From: Macrostomum lignano
Lineage: Eukaryota
NCBI GenBank assembly: GCA_002269645.1
Contig: NIVC01000954.1
Coordinates: forward strand, 115,884 to 179,883
Direction of reading: 5' to 3'
Length of the DNA: 64,000 bases
In this document: positions 24,601 through 39,100 of the stretch, piece by piece
Layout: each line of letters starts with the position of its first letter
Numbering within the stretch: the first letter of the stretch is position 1
The notes under the pieces: generated by a model
Told to the model about the DNA's origin: nothing
Databases searched by the model: none
The model's input: only the letters and a program-made list of their open reading frames with translations
Translations under genes and position numbers: made by a program

Positions 24601-25258
24601 AATTCCTGAGATGTCAAGTCTTGGGGAAATTGCTGAGATGTCAAGGGGAGATCATGATTTATTGAAGGATTTGCATGAATTTTCGAGGTGACGACATGGT
24701 TTATCGAGAGGATAGCAAAAATTATCTAGCAGGTAGGAAGATTTTTAAGAGAGTAGCATGACATATTGATATTATGGTATATCGTGAGTTCCAGCAGATT
24801 GCATGTGATTGAATTTTCCAAGAGGTGTTGAGAGAATAGCAGGACATTTTGTGGGGAGAGTAGGGAATATAAATGGAAAAATCGCAAGAGATAGCTAGAG
24901 ATATCGATAGGATGGCTAGAGATGTCAATCGATAGCAGGGAATTTCAAGAGATAGCTAGAGATATCAAAGGGATAGCAAGAGTTTTTTAAGACATGGTAT
25001 AAAGAATAAGGATAAGGTATATATATAGGTGAAAGCATAGCGTGATAAGGGGATAGCAAGATTAAGAGTTATTTAAGGTGTAGTATAGGGAATAATATAG
25101 CTAGGGGGATATATAGATGAAAACATAGCGTGACAATAGTGATATTAGAACATAGTGTCATTCGGTTTATTAGTTTTTTATTAGATTATTAGATTCTATT
25201 ATTATTAGATATCAGAAGCGTTGGTATTCTTCCCCCAAAGGGGGAGTTGGTATGCTAG
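21602..25258 (+). mobile_element. Non-autonomous Helitron type C
   Basis: TCAGATATACTAAAAAT start, 5' module, tRNA-like cassette 22077-22140, arrays 22290-23575 and 23580-24650, CCCCC-AAA-GGGGG hairpin + CTAG. Confidence 0.85.
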
Positions 25259-27692
25259 TCACAATATACTTCACAATATACTAATAAATCTCTAAGGTCT
25301 GTCTGTCTGACCGGTATTCCAGTCCACAGCCTGAATGCCTGAACCGATTTTTTTCAAACTTGCTTTATTCAATTGCAAATTCTTGTGAGATTGTGTGGGT
25401 GTAATTGCATTGAAAAATTCGAATGAGAAGTTAGTTAAATATTCGAAAAACGAGTTTTTTTAATGCTTTCAATGGGAAGCTAGAAAAGGTCAAAATCTCA
25501 CTAACTGAATTTCAATTCCAATTAAGATTGCGCCACAACTTTTCTCTGTTCACTGTGTACGTGAAGACTCAATAAGGGAGTCAATACTGGCTGCAATAAA
25601 GGAGAGGAAAATAATGCTCAGTGGCTGCGTGTGTACATTCTGACCCTGGCTGACTGGCGGACTGCATAGACTATTGCTATTAATAGATTTCACTCAACTC
25701 TGCATTGGCTCTGCCTGCACAACCTGTGCACACTGAGCAGCCTATCACTGCTATGTATTTGACTGCAGTGCCGAAGCATATATGGCTGATTTTGCGCCCT
25801 CCGATCAGTAGGCGGAATAGCCGCAGTGTAGGCACTAGGACTAGGTTTAGGCTAGGCATAAGGTCCAAGGTTCGAGTCCGCCTCCCCAGCGGTTAATTAA
25901 AATTAAATAAATTCATTCATTAGTAGCTCTCGACTATTTTGAACATATTAAATTTTTTTATTAATTACAATAATTTATTTTTGCTACTCGCACAAGCCAC
26001 TAAGCAAATTTGATTTGATTTGTAAAATCCTAAGATCCCATTAATTGTTATTATCTAGGTCTATAGAAGTAGATATTACTAAACTGCAGGGGGTTAAATT
26101 ACTAAACTGCAGATGATGCTGCTAAACTGCTGAGGTATTGCTAAATGCTGAGTGGTGCAAGAGATTGCCGATATGTATCGAAAATCGATTAGTGAGCCAT
26201 AAAATGCTGAGCTAATTTCTACATTGTTGAAAGGATCATTGCAGTAGACGATGCTGCTAAACTGCTGAGGTATTGCTAAATGCTGAGTTGCGCAAGACTG
26301 CCAATATGTATCAAAATTGATTAGTGCGCCGTCGTAAATGCTGAGCAAATTTTTAAATAATTGAAAAGATCATTGCAGTTTGCTGAAAATACTGAGGGGC
26401 CAGCTGAGAGAACTGCAGACTGCTGAGGGGATAAATGAGAATTATTAAGGAAACACTTGCTGACTGCAAATGAATTGACTGCAGACTACTGAGGGGAACT
26501 GCAGATTGTTGAAAGGATCATTGCAGACTGCAAAGGGGACAAACTGCAAACTGCTGACGTTGGTTAGTTTCTCGAGACTTATGAGCGTATAAGCTGCAAA
26601 CTGCCGAGTGGATAGCTGCAGACTGCTAGGATAATAATGGCAGACTAGGATAATAATGGCAGACTTCTGAGGCGGATATCTAACTGTGAATAATTGTAGC
26701 TTGCAGAAGGGACAATTCTGGGTCCCTGAGGGATAAATGAATAATAATAATAAAAGTTGTACAGTGCAAATGAGCTGTATGACTGCAGTCTGTTTTGCGG
26801 AATTAGAAGGGATAATTTCAGGTTGTTGTGGGGATAACTGCCAATTTCTGGGGAGGGTTTAACTTTAAACTTCTGAGGCGATAATAGTAGTCACCTTTTA
26901 GCAGTTTGGGAGTGGTGCTAATCTGGGGAGCGGTGCTATCTAAGAAAGTGGGGCTAATATAAAGGAGTGGGGGGCTAATCTGGGGGATTGGGGCTAATCT
27001 GGAGGAAGTAGGGAGCGGTGCTATCTAAGGGAGTGGGGCTAATCTGGGGGATTGGGGCTAATCTGGAGGAAGTAGCGGTGCAAATTTTTGCGGAGTAGTG
27101 CAAATCTGGAGAAGTAGTGCTAATCTGGGAAGGTGAAACTATCTGGGAAGCGGCGGTAATCTGTGGAGCGGTGCTAATCTAGGCTGAGTGCTAATCTGGG
27201 CTGAGTGCTAATCTAGGCTGAGTGCTAATCTGGGCTGAGTGCTAATCTAGGCTGAGTGCTAATCTGGGCTGAGTGCTAATCTGGGCTGAGTGCTAATCTG
27301 GGCGCAGTGCTAATCTGGGTGTAGTGCTAATCTGGGGGAAGTGGGGCTAATCTGGGGGTGTGCGGCTAATATGGGGGGAGTAGTGCTAATCTGGGGGAAG
27401 TGGGGCTAATCTGGAGGTGTAGGGCTAATATGGGAGAATAGCGCTAATCTGGTGAGGATTTGAATATAACGAATAATCATAAAAGAACTATGAATGAATT
27501 GACATTGCAAAGTTTCAAACATTAAGAAATGTAACTTTTTAGTCTCAGTAAAATTGGTGTACAACTGCTTAGAGATTTGCTACTGCAGAACTTCTCGGAG
27601 ATTAGTGAGATTTGCTCAGCGACTGTGCAAAACTGCTTATAGACAAGCGCTAAACTGCTAAGAAGCCACCCGGAGGGGGGCTAAATGGCTAG
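25259..27692 (+). mobile_element. Non-autonomous Helitron type D
   Basis: TCACAATATACT start (duplicated), diverged 5' module, tRNA-like cassette type II, GTGCTAATCTGGG array 26900-27455, GGGGGGCTAAATGGCTAG end shared with 39754. Confidence 0.8.
25811..25887 (+). ncRNA. tRNA-derived Pol III cassette type II
   Basis: TAGCCGCAGTGTAGGC (A-box-like, GCC/GGC stem) and GGTTCGAGTCC B-box; further copies at 34037-34114 and 34643-34718. Confidence 0.6.
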
Positions 27693-29095
27693 TCAAATAT
27701 ACTAAAAATGAAAAAATTGTTTGCTTGCTTTATCTGACTAAAAATGAGTTGTTTGTATGTTTGCTTGTGCGCAATCGATTATCTCCCGAATGGCTCAACC
27801 GATTTTGTTCAAACTTACACCATTCGATCAGAAATTTTTCCGTGACGGTACATGCATCGTGACTAAGAAATTGCTGGATGCTAAAGGGATTAAATATTCG
27901 AAAAACATGATTTTTTGCAAAGGTCAAGCAAACTTTTCGACTTGAAATGCATTGTAAGAATGCTAGAGAAAAAACTGACTGGTTGAATTCTGATTCTGAA
28001 ATAGAGTGCATCATCACAATAGGCTTTTTATTTATCGTCTGTGTACTGGCTGGATTTTGACACTGAATTGAATTGCGTCACAGTATTGAAAACGCAGTGT
28101 GGAAGCATAGCACAACACTTGATTTATATTTCGTAACCCTATTGCTAACTTTAATAGAGACATAGTACTGACTTGCCTAAGAAATTGATTATGTCATAAC
28201 TGCTTCGTGTGACTTTAACTCAATTGACTTGGTGTGAGTGTTGAATTATATTAATCTATTCTAAGAATCTCTTCTACTTTTGCATTCTAAGAATCTCTTC
28301 TACTTTGTATTCTAAGAATTTCTTCTACTTTTTGTATTCGAAGAATGTCTTCTACTTTGTATTCTAAGAATGTCTTCTACTTTTTATTCTAAGAATCTCT
28401 TCTGCTTTCTATTCGAAGAATGTCTTCTACTTTGCATTCTAAAAATCTCTTCTACTTTCTATTCAGTGCTGGGCAAGTTAATCAATTTTTTTAACTCGTT
28501 AAAAGTTAAAAAGTTAATTCAATTGCTCGAAAAAAATTAACTGTAACTAGTTAAATATTTAACTTTTGCCAAAAATTTAACTTCTAAAAAGTTAAAAGTT
28601 AAAGTTAATTCCTATTTCTCACTTTTTAAAAGAAATGAATGGAAAAAATCTAGCCAATCCCAATTGGGGTGGTATTTGTCCTGTGGACTGACTGCATTCG
28701 GTATCTTAATTGTTGTAAGGGCAGTTGTGCAGCTTGCAAAGTTAATAATAGCAATTTAATTTGAAACATTCATTGCATGCTTAAATTACTACATACATTA
28801 CATTCTACTACATTACATTATGACAAAACAAAAGTAAAGTATTTGGAGTTCTAGATTCCTTGCCCAGGCACAAACATAAATAAAATTGTCAAATCATAAC
28901 AAAACTGAATATCCTTACTAAGTAATGCTAGGCAAGCCTAAGCCTAAGGTTAAAAAGTATAAAAATTAAAAGCAAAAGTTTTTTCTTTTCAAAATAACAT
29001 ATGAACCAATAAACTAATATTTAGTCATAGTATTTTCATTGAAAATATTGCTTGTCTCATTTTAAACTGTTTATTAAATTACATGACAAGTTGCT

Positions 29096-32000
29096 TCAGG
29101 TGCAGTCATGCAGGTGCTTGTTGCCCCTCAGTAAAAGCAACCGTGCAAGCGACAAATCAGACAGCGAGCCCCTTTTAGCACGCAGGACATCGGTCCCCAT
29201 TGAGAAAAGTCGCTCAACTGCTGCGCTGGATGGAATGGCCGTGTTGAAACGCACAAAAAGCTTTAACAAAACAGGATCGCTGAACGCATGTTCAGAAACG
29301 CCGAGATTCGGCTTCCAAATTCCATCCAGCCACGTCGATAGGATTTGTTGAGCCCTCGTCCTTGGGGTCTTCAGTCGCTGTCCTGACTTTGTAGGTTGAA
29401 GCGCACTTGAAAAAAACTCCACTGGGCATACTGACTTCAATGACGACACTGCGTCTGATTCAACTAGTTCAGGGCTGCTGCTGCTGCTGCTGCTGCTGTT
29501 CTGAGGCTGTGTCACATTATCAAGCTCCACTTCGATCAGCTGCAACATCCTTTTCTTTATGGACGAAGCCTTGGTAGTAGTGTCGTACTGCCTCAACCAT
29601 GCAAGTCTGAACATAGGGTGAAAGGCCGCTGCTAGCACGCACGACTCATTATTGAACTGTCGTTCAAACCGAGAATTAATGCCATCAAGCAGGGACAGCA
29701 CCAGAGAAGAGCAGTACTCGAGTTCAGTTTGGCTCATGCTCTCCAACTTGGATCTTGTTACGACTACTGTTGGTAGTAGGATGCCAATGTAGGCGTACGT
29801 CTCTCCTTGAATGATGTCGAGGGCGTGCGCAACAGGCTTCATCACGTTAACATATTCCTTGAGGAATGCGACGTCGTCCACATGGAAAGGTGGTATCTGC
29901 AGGCGCAATTCTTCCATGCTCTGGTTGAGAGCTAGACGCTTTCCTTTGTCAAAAATGTCGCACAGGACACTCAAACTATCAAAAAGTGAGTTCCAGCGAG
30001 TTGCATTCGGCACCTGTAGCCTGCGGCCAAGTTTTTTTGCAATTGCATCTGCAGCAACAGTACTACGTCCTTGCGAATTCCATAAAGCCTGTGCTTTGCC
30101 AAGGGTCTTCCGAAATTGTGTCCTAAAGGCACCATTAGAAGCCACAGCTTTCAATGCATCAGTAGTGGCTATTAGGTTGAACGTGTGGGCAGCACATCGC
30201 ATATGAGCTGGCAGTTCCTTCACTTCGTCAACTGCTTCAGAGAGCACATCATGAATAGGAACAACAGTGACTTCAATCTGTTCAGGATTTTCAGAATCAA
30301 AAGCTTTAGAAGCCTCAGCAGCATGCTCATTAGGCATTGTCTCGTTGTCGACCTCAATCTCAATGCCTTCATTGCCAACAATGACAGTGTCAATCTGGTT
30401 ATCAGCTTCAACATTAAGGATGGCTGGATCCGGGATTATGCCAGTAGCACTTCCAAATTCAACAAAGGCCTGTCAAGGATGGATAAGGTAAGTAAACAAG
30501 TAAACAAGTAAGTTGACATGGTTATAGCCTTTTTAATTTATTAATGGTTCAAACCATATATTATGCTGTAATTTCAAATTTGTAATTTAATGTAATGCAA
30601 CTGTAATGCTACTGTTTGTAAATCTAAAAGTCATGAGACCTGTATCATATTCAATGAATTATTCATATTGTTAAAATTTTAACCATAACCATGTATAACT
30701 GTCTAACTGAAACTGTCCTAAGTGCTTTTGCTCACGCAAGTCAAACCCTGACTTACCTTTACAAAATTGCTTCCATTGTCTGTTGTTGTGCAGCACACCT
30801 TCTTCTCGATGTTGAATTTGGCATGAATTGACTGAATGGCTTCAGCAAGGACAGTGGCTGTATGATGTCCTTTGAGTCGCATGAAGGCTAGAACAGCATG
30901 CTGCCTGCTTTGATTGTCTGGATGCAACCAGTGAATAGTCATGCCCAGGTAGGCTTTCGAATGTGCAGACCAACAGTCAGCTGTAGTTGCCACAACAGGA
31001 ATGCCATCTAGTAGCCTGTAGGTTTATTTTTTGATAATGATATGATTGATATGAAAATTTTCATATCAGTAGATCACCAACATAATAGGTCTGGTGTAGA
31101 GTGAATTTGAAAATTTGCTTTTATACTTATATTTATTTTTCCAAAATGAAATTGAAACCCAGTACACCACACCATGATACTATATAATATAATATACAAT
31201 AAACAATTCAAGTATTAATTATAGTAATTAGTAATTACTAGTACTAATTAGGTCTAGAGTCTAGTTGCTTATATGGTTTGTTTGTACTTTATATCTATTA
31301 ATTTATACCACAATTGCAAAACAAACAATAACAAAACCAAACTCACTTCAGAAGATTCTGTTCCATATTGACATAGGAAGTCTCAACACGCCTACCAAGT
31401 GTCCTTCGAGACATGATCTTCTTGTAAGGATTCAGTGTCTTGCAGAATTTTCGAAAGTTTGGAGACTCAACAGTAGAAAAAGGTGCCATGTCATAGACAA
31501 TGTAATCTACCAAGTCTGAGTCTACTGCTGATTGAAGAACTGATTGGCCAGATCGTTGGAAGGTACTGCCAGTATTAATCATTTGCAGCATAGTTAGTTG
31601 TTGTTGATGTCTAGCAGCACCACTAGTAGTAGTTTGCTCTTGAGTGGTAGTAGCAGGACTAGGACTAGCAACTAATATTCTTGGAACCTTTGATGGTGGT
31701 CCAAAAGACTCATTGCTAGTAGATGGATTTTGACCTTGAACTTGGAGACTTGTGTTTTTGGTAGTACTAGTAGCAGCAGTAGTGTTAGTAGCAGAGCTAG
31801 TAGCAGTACTAGCCTTTGCAATGCCCATCTTTGTACATTGGAGAAACTATATAAAATAGAAAAAAGGTTTAAAATTAAAGGCAAAAAATATAAATAGTAC
31901 AGTACCTAAATTTAATTTTAAATTATAGATTGATTCTATTATATTATATTGATGAATGAATCAGAATGATGAATGATGATAATGACTGATAAGTGATGAT

Positions 32001-32564
32001 TGATGACCAGTGGCATATCTAGGGGGTGTTATTTGCATGTTTTTTATAACAGTCTCAAATTTTTGTTTACTTTTTTGACTTTACCCTCCCCCCTCCCTCT
32101 TCAAAAATCAAAATCATAGACCTAGATATGCCACTAGTGATGACTCCATTTAATTGATGAGTTTGAATCAGTATAAAAAATACAACTACAAATACTTTAT
32201 AAAGGCCTAGCTAGCTAAATAGGTTCAACAATTAATTGCAAAATGAAAAAATGACATCTTCACTTACTTCTTTCTCCTGTACAGAATGGCGGCGAGAAAT
32301 ATGACTCTTTAAATTATTAAGGCTTGACACATGCCCTTTGATGGTTGCTTTCTTTGGCAAGCAAAGTTCACAGCTAAAAACTGGAGCTGTCTCTGAATCC
32401 CAATGACTTAGTTTAAAATACTTAATCAAATGGGGCCAAGGGTGTGGCTTCTTGAAGTTCTTGTTCTTTTGCCTTTGCTCTGACTTTGGCTCAGGGGCAG
32501 GACTAGCCATAGAGCTAGCAGTCACAGAAATATACTCAGACTCAGAGTCACTGTCACTGATCAT
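29096..32564 (-). CDS. hAT transposase, 4 exons, ~809 aa, BED finger + DDE + dimerisation domain
   Basis: Exons 32564-32268, 31846-31347, 31015-30757, 30469-29096 join in frame at GT-AG sites; motifs CELC..HISRRH, TADCW, TTDNGSNFVKAF, RCAAHTFNL, ATRWNS, SSAAVERLFS; no internal stop. Confidence 0.93.
32008..32136. mobile_element. hAT-type MITE in intron 1 of the hAT transposase
   Basis: TIR (C)AGTGGCATATCTAGG / CCTAGATATGCCACT; flanks TTGATGAC / GTGATGAC (7/8 TSD match). Confidence 0.8.
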
Positions 32565-33112
32565 TGATCGTGATCTAAGATTTATATTAATATTAAGAAT
32601 ACTAGAATAGTCAGTCAGGTACAGGTAGATATTCAGATTAAATTAAAATATAAATAGAACTTTTATAGATATGTCAATACGACAATACAATATTACTATA
32701 TTAGATGTACTAATTAATTACCGGAAAAATGTTGACAAACTTTCTTTTTTAAAAAGTTATCTTCCTAGAAAAAAATTAAACAAAAAACCTATGAAAGAAA
32801 GGATAAAGAATTTAACAAAGAAAAAAGTAACTTTTGTCATTTAACTTTAACTTACAGAAAAAATTTAACGATTTTTGATAACTAGTTAATACATAAAAAA
32901 ATTTAACGAAAATTTAACGATTTTTGAAAAAATTTAACTAGTTAATTAACTAGTTAAACAATTAACTAGTTAACGCCCAGCACTGTTTCTATTCTAATAA
33001 TCTCTTCTACTTTGTATTCTAAGAATCTATTCTACTTTCTATTCTAAGAATGTCTTCTACTTTGTATTCTAAGAATGTCTTCTACTTTGTATTCTAAGAA
33101 TGTCTTCTACTT

Positions 33113-36100
33113 TCTAAATATACTAAATCTCTAAGGTTTGTTTGTATGCTTGTCCATAACGCTCTAAAGATTGCAGTTCTTCACCGATTTTGATCGCGTT
33201 TTCGCCAAAAGATTTAAAATTGTCTGGAAAGAAGACGGTTAAAATTTCTTTAATCTGCTTCAATGCTAAAGGGATTAAATATTCGAAAAACATGCTTTTT
33301 TGCAAAGGTCAAGCAGCTCTTTCGACTTGAAATGCGCTGTAAGAATGCTAGAGAAAAAACCGACTGACTGAATTCTGATTTTGATAAAGATTGCATCACA
33401 ACAAGTTGAAAACACTGTGCCAAGTTGAAAGACAGAAATTGCGTAACCATATTGCTAGCTTTAATTGAGACTGATGCTGACTGCCTGAGTATTTGATTAT
33501 GTCATAGCTGCTTCGTGTGACTTTCACTCGAAGAGAATTTGTGTTAGTATTTGCATAACGTTCTAGAGATAGAACCAATTGACCAATTTTAATCGCGTTT
33601 TTACGAAAAGATTTGTAATTATCTGGAAAGAAGACAGTTAAAATTTCTTTAATTGGCTTTAATGCTAAAGGTATTAAATATTCGAAAAACGAGTTTTCCC
33701 AATGCTTTTAATGGTAGGGCAAACTAGGTTGAATTCTTGACTGGACTGGCTGAATTCCAATTCCAATTATGATTGCGCCATAACTTTTCTTTCTCCACTG
33801 TGTAAGCTTCAATACTGGTTGCAGTGCGCAAGGAGAAAAAATGCTCAGTGGCTGCGTGTGTACATTCTGACCCTGGCTCTGACTGGCGGACTCCATAGAA
33901 AATTGCTAGATTTCACTCAATCAACTGTGCATTGGCTCCGCCTGCACGCCTACACACTGAGCAGCCTATCACTGCTATGTATTTTAACTGCAGTTCTGAA
34001 GCATATATGGCTGATTTTGTTGTCCTCCCATCAATAGGCGGAGTAGCCGCAGTGTAGGCACTTAGGACTAGGTTTAGGCTAGACGTAAGGTCCAAGGTTC
34101 GAGTCTGCCTCCCCGGCGGATAATAAAAATTCAAATAATTCAATAATTTATAGCTTGTGCCTGGACTAATTGAACATTTTTTATTTAATTTCAATTGAAA
34201 CATTTTTTTATTAATTAGCAATTCATTTTTTGCTACTCAGCACAAGCCACTAATCAAATTTGATTTGTAAAAACTGCTTCGAGTATAACTGATACCATCA
34301 ATGGGTATTGTCTAGCTCCATAAAAGTACGAAATTCTTAAACTGCAGAAAATGCTGCTAAATGCTGAGCTTTTCAAGACTGTCGATATGTATCGAAAATT
34401 GATTAGTGAGCCGTACAATTCTGAGCAAATTGCAGTTTTCTGAGGGGACTGAGGTGCCGGCCACAGAAGAACTGCAGACTGTGAATTAGTTCCTCCAGAC
34501 TTAAATCTAATTTATAGATTTCACTTAACTGCGCATTGGCTCTGCCTGCATACAACCCGTGCACTAAGCAGCCTATCACTGCTGTGTATTTGACTGCAGT
34601 GCCAAAGCATATATTGCTGATTCTGTCGCCCTCCGATCAATAGGCGGAGTAGCCGCACTGTAGGCACTAGGACCAGTTTTAGGATAGGCGTAAGGTCCCA
34701 GGTTCGAGTCTACCTCGCAGCGGACAATTAAAATTGAACTAATTATTTATTTTAGCTTGTGCTTCGACTAATTGAAACTTTTATGCTTAATTAACAAGGC
34801 ACACTTAATGAACTACATGTATTTTTGCTGTTTGGCACAAGTCGATAAGCAAATTTGATTTGTAGAAACTGCTTCAAGTACATGTATTACGAGCGTACTG
34901 ATCCCATCAATGGGTATATTGCCTAGCTCCATGAAAGTATGAATTTGCTAAACTGCAGACGATTCTGAAAAAAAAACTGCTGAAGGTATTGCTAAATGCT
35001 GAGCTTTTCAAAACTGCCGATATGTATCGAAAATTTATTAGTGAGCCGTAAAATGCTGAGAAAATTGCAGTTTGCAGAGGAGACTAAAGAGCCGGCCGAG
35101 AGGAGAACTGCAGGCTGCTGAGAGAATGAATGAAAATCGTTAATGGTACAGTTGTAGACTGAAAATGAAATGACTGCAGACTGCTGAGGGGAACTGCAGA
35201 CTGTCGAAGGGATCATTGCAGATTGCAAAGGGGAAACAACTGCAAACTGCTGAGGTAGTTCCTCAAGACGTATGAGCGTATAGCTGCAGACTGCTGAGAG
35301 GGAAAACTGCGGACTAATTAGAGGATAATGGCAGACTTCTGAGGCTTATAACTAACTATTGAGTTTTGAGTGGATATTTACTGTGGAAGATTAAGTACAA
35401 GTTGTTTAGGGGATTTCTGCGGCTGCTAAGTGAAATATTTTTGGCTAAGGGGACAATTCTATGCCGCTGAGGGTATGCATTCTTAATTTTAATAAAAGTT
35501 TTAAAATGCAAAGTGGATGATAAATGCCGGCTGCTAAGAAATAACTGCAGTCTTTTTGCGGGATTAGATGAAGGGATAATTTCAGGTTGTTGTGGGGATA
35601 AATGCCGATTTCCGGGGGTTAACTTCAAACGGCTGAAGTTGCTAAACTAGATTATTTCGACCACATGTCAATAGGCACAATAGCCGCAGTAGGCAGGCAG
35701 TATCAAGCAGAAGCAAACAGAATGCTTTGATGTCAGCAGTTCGAGCCTGCATTGAAGCAGCGAATTTATCTTTGTGACCTGTGACAATAATGATTGCATC
35801 CTATGCAGATTCATGGAGATGGTAAACACTTAAATTTAAAGATACTTTTGCTGGGGCTGCGTTAGTCTTCTAGAGCAGTGCTAATCTGCTGTAAGTGCTA
35901 ATTTGCAAAGGGTCTAATCTGAGTGAGCAGTGCTAATCTGAGGTACAATGAATTAATAAATATGCAAGAGAATTGCAAATCAATTTTAAACTGCAAGTTG
36001 CAAACATTTCAAATGGTTTCGATTATTGAGAAGCATATGGAGATCAGTAGCCATCTGCTCCCAGATTTTGCGGAACAGTGCCGGTAAACCATTGCTACAC

Positions 36101-39100
36101 TGCTGGTGAATCATTGCTAAACTGCTGGTAAACCATTGCTAAACTGCTGGTGAACCATTGCTAAACTGCTGGTGAACCATCGCTAAAGTGATGGTAAACC
36201 ATTGCTAAAGTGATGGTAAACCACTGTAAGTTTTTAATAAATGCTACTTTAAACAGAAGAAAACTCAACACAAGAAAAAGCGACAAAAGAATCATCATGT
36301 CAACCATAAAAGAAGCGGTCTGTCGAGAATAAAATACTCAATGTGAATTGCTAAGATGTCAAGGCTGGTATGGAAAATTTCTGTGATATCAAGACTCATG
36401 GGAAAATTTCTAAGATCTCAAGGCTCAGCGGTAATTGCTATCATGATGTGATTCTGAGGAGAATTGCTTTGATTTGAAAGCTTAAGTTCAATTGCTGCGA
36501 TTTCGATCTTAATGAGGGAATTTCTGAGATGTCAAGGCTTACTGGGGAATTATTGAGATTTCAAGGCTTACTGGGCCATGGGCCAGATCAAAGCCCATGA
36601 GAGAAATTCTGAGATGTCTTGTCAAGTCTCAGAGGGAAATTCCTATACTGATGTGATTCTGGGCAGAATTGCTTTGATTTCAGATTCCATTTGAGAAATT
36701 TCTGAGGTATCAAGGCTCATTATAATTATTTGCTGTCAAGGCTCATGGAAATAATTTCTGGAATGCTGTGGCTCTTGAGGGAATTGCCGACATTGTTAGG
36801 GTAAGAGTAAGACGTAAACCATATAAATGAATAGGCCTGTCTAACATTAAATACTCATTGGGGAAATGCTAAGTTGTAAAGGCTCATGGGGGGATATCCG
36901 AATTATAATGTGGCTCAATGCTCAGGGGGATTGTTGTGATTGCAGTACCTGCTCATAATGCCGAAATTTTGTGGCTCAAATAGGAGTTGCTGAGATATCA
37001 AGGCTCATTGGGGAATAGCTGAGATTTCAAAGCTCACGGGGATCCCGTAGGCTGTAGGCTGTGACTCTTGGGTATTGCTGAGATGCTAAGGTTCACGGGG
37101 GAATGACTGAGATTTCAAAGGCTCCTAAAGCGAATAGCTGAAATTCACGAAATGTCAAGGTTCATTGGGTATTTGTTGAAATGCTGTGGTTTACGGTGGG
37201 AATTGCTGAAATGCTGTGACTTGGCAGGGTTAGTTTTCAACCATAAGACTCATGTGAAAGTGCCAAGATATCAAAAGGTTAGTCGCTAAAGTTTCATGCT
37301 CATGGGAAAATTGCTAAGATTTCAAAAGCTCATTGGGGAATTGCTGAAATTCTTGGGCTGAGAGGAGGGTTGCTGAAATGCTGTGACTCGGCTGCAGGTT
37401 AAGGGTTAGGATTTGAGTTTAATTATAGAGCGATCGTCGTGTCAATCATAAATGATTCATCAAGGAATTTCAAAGATTAAAGGGGCGAATTAGTTATATG
37501 CTTTGGCTCTTAGGGAATTGCTGACAGTTCAAGGCTTTCGGTGAAATTTAGATTTCAAAGCTTATGAGGAAGTTACTTAAATGCTCAGGCTCAAGGCTCA
37601 CGGGGGAGATTGCTAACATGCCAAGACTCACTTATGGGTTAGGGTTAGGGGCTTAGGGTCAGTTTTGGTTCAATCATAGAATAACCACTCTGTTAACCAT
37701 CAACTAAAGACTTGCTAAGATGGGAGTTGCTAAGATATCAAAGCTCATGAATGGAATCACTGAGTTGACAAGGCTTATGAAGAAATTGCAGAGATATCAA
37801 GGCTCATAAGGGGATTGCTGAATTCTTGGGGGAGGGGAGTTGGGTTGTTGGGATGTCAAGACTTACTCAGCTGAGAGAACTGCGTAGATGTCAAGGCTCG
37901 AGTTTAATTGCTGCGATGTCGATGCTTAATGGGGGAACTGCTGAGATGTCAAGTCTTACTGGGAATTGCTAAGATGTCAAGTCTTACTGGGAATTGCTAA
38001 AATGTGAAGGCTTTCTGGGGGAATGCTGAGATTTCAAGGCTTACTGGGGAAATGCTTAGATTTCAAGGCTTACTGGGGGAAGTCCTCAGATGTCAAGGCT
38101 TATTGGGGGAATTGCTGAGATGTTAAGGCTTACTGGGGGAATTGCAGCGATTTTAAGGCTTACTGCGGCAATTGCTAAGATGTGAATTCTTTCTGGGGGA
38201 ATTGCTAAGATTTCAAGGCTTACTGGGAGAATCGCTGAGATGTCAATGCTTACTGGGGGAATTGCTGAGATCTCGAGGCTTCTCAGCAATTCTTAGCAAG
38301 TATTAGCAATTGTTAGCTAAGTATTCTTAGCAATTCTTAGCAATTCTTGTCAATTCTTGTCAAGGCTTACTTGGGGAATTGCTGAGATTTCAAGGCTTAC
38401 TGGGGGGAATTGCTAAGATGACAAGGCTTACTGGGGGGAATTGCTAAGATGACAAGGCTTACTGGCGGGAATTGCTAAGATGACAAGGCTTACTGGGGGG
38501 AATTGCTAACATGACAAGGCTTACTGGGGGGAATTGCTAAGATGACAAGGCTTACTGGGGGGAATTGCTAAGATGACAAGGCTCATGGACGATGGCTGAA
38601 TTGTTGGGGGTGTTAGGTTGTTGGGCGATTGTCAGATAGTCAGGTAGTACGGCTGAAGTACCTCATGTAGTTCAGATATTGAAATAGTACACACAAGTGA
38701 TGCTGATTTCTGCTAATAGGAAATACCAGCGCATTTATTAAAGGTTTCATTCTTTGATTTAGGCTAATTAAAAGAGAGGGTCTAAGGCCGTCAATGATTT
38801 GCATATTTGCTGCGGATAAGAATATGCCCCGCCCCACGAGCCCTTACAACTTAGCAATTCCCCAATGAGTATTTAATGTTAGACAGGCCTATTCATTTAT
38901 ATGGTTTACGTCTTACTCTTACCCTAACAATGTCGGCAATTCCCTCAAGAGCCACAGCATTCCAGAAATTATTTCTATGAGCCTTGACAGCAAATAATTA
39001 TAATGAGCCTTGATACCTCAGAAATTTATCAAATGGAATTTGAAATCAAAGCAATTCTGCCCAGAATCACATCAGTATAGGAATTTCCCTCTGAGACTTG

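Larger units (their letters stand above)
28464..32985 (-). mobile_element. Autonomous hAT DNA transposon (4522 bp)
   Basis: TIRs CAGTGCTGGGC / GCCCAGCACTG, perfect 8-bp TSD TTTCTATT (28456-28463, 32986-32993), subterminal TTAACT repeats, full transposase gene. Confidence 0.96.
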
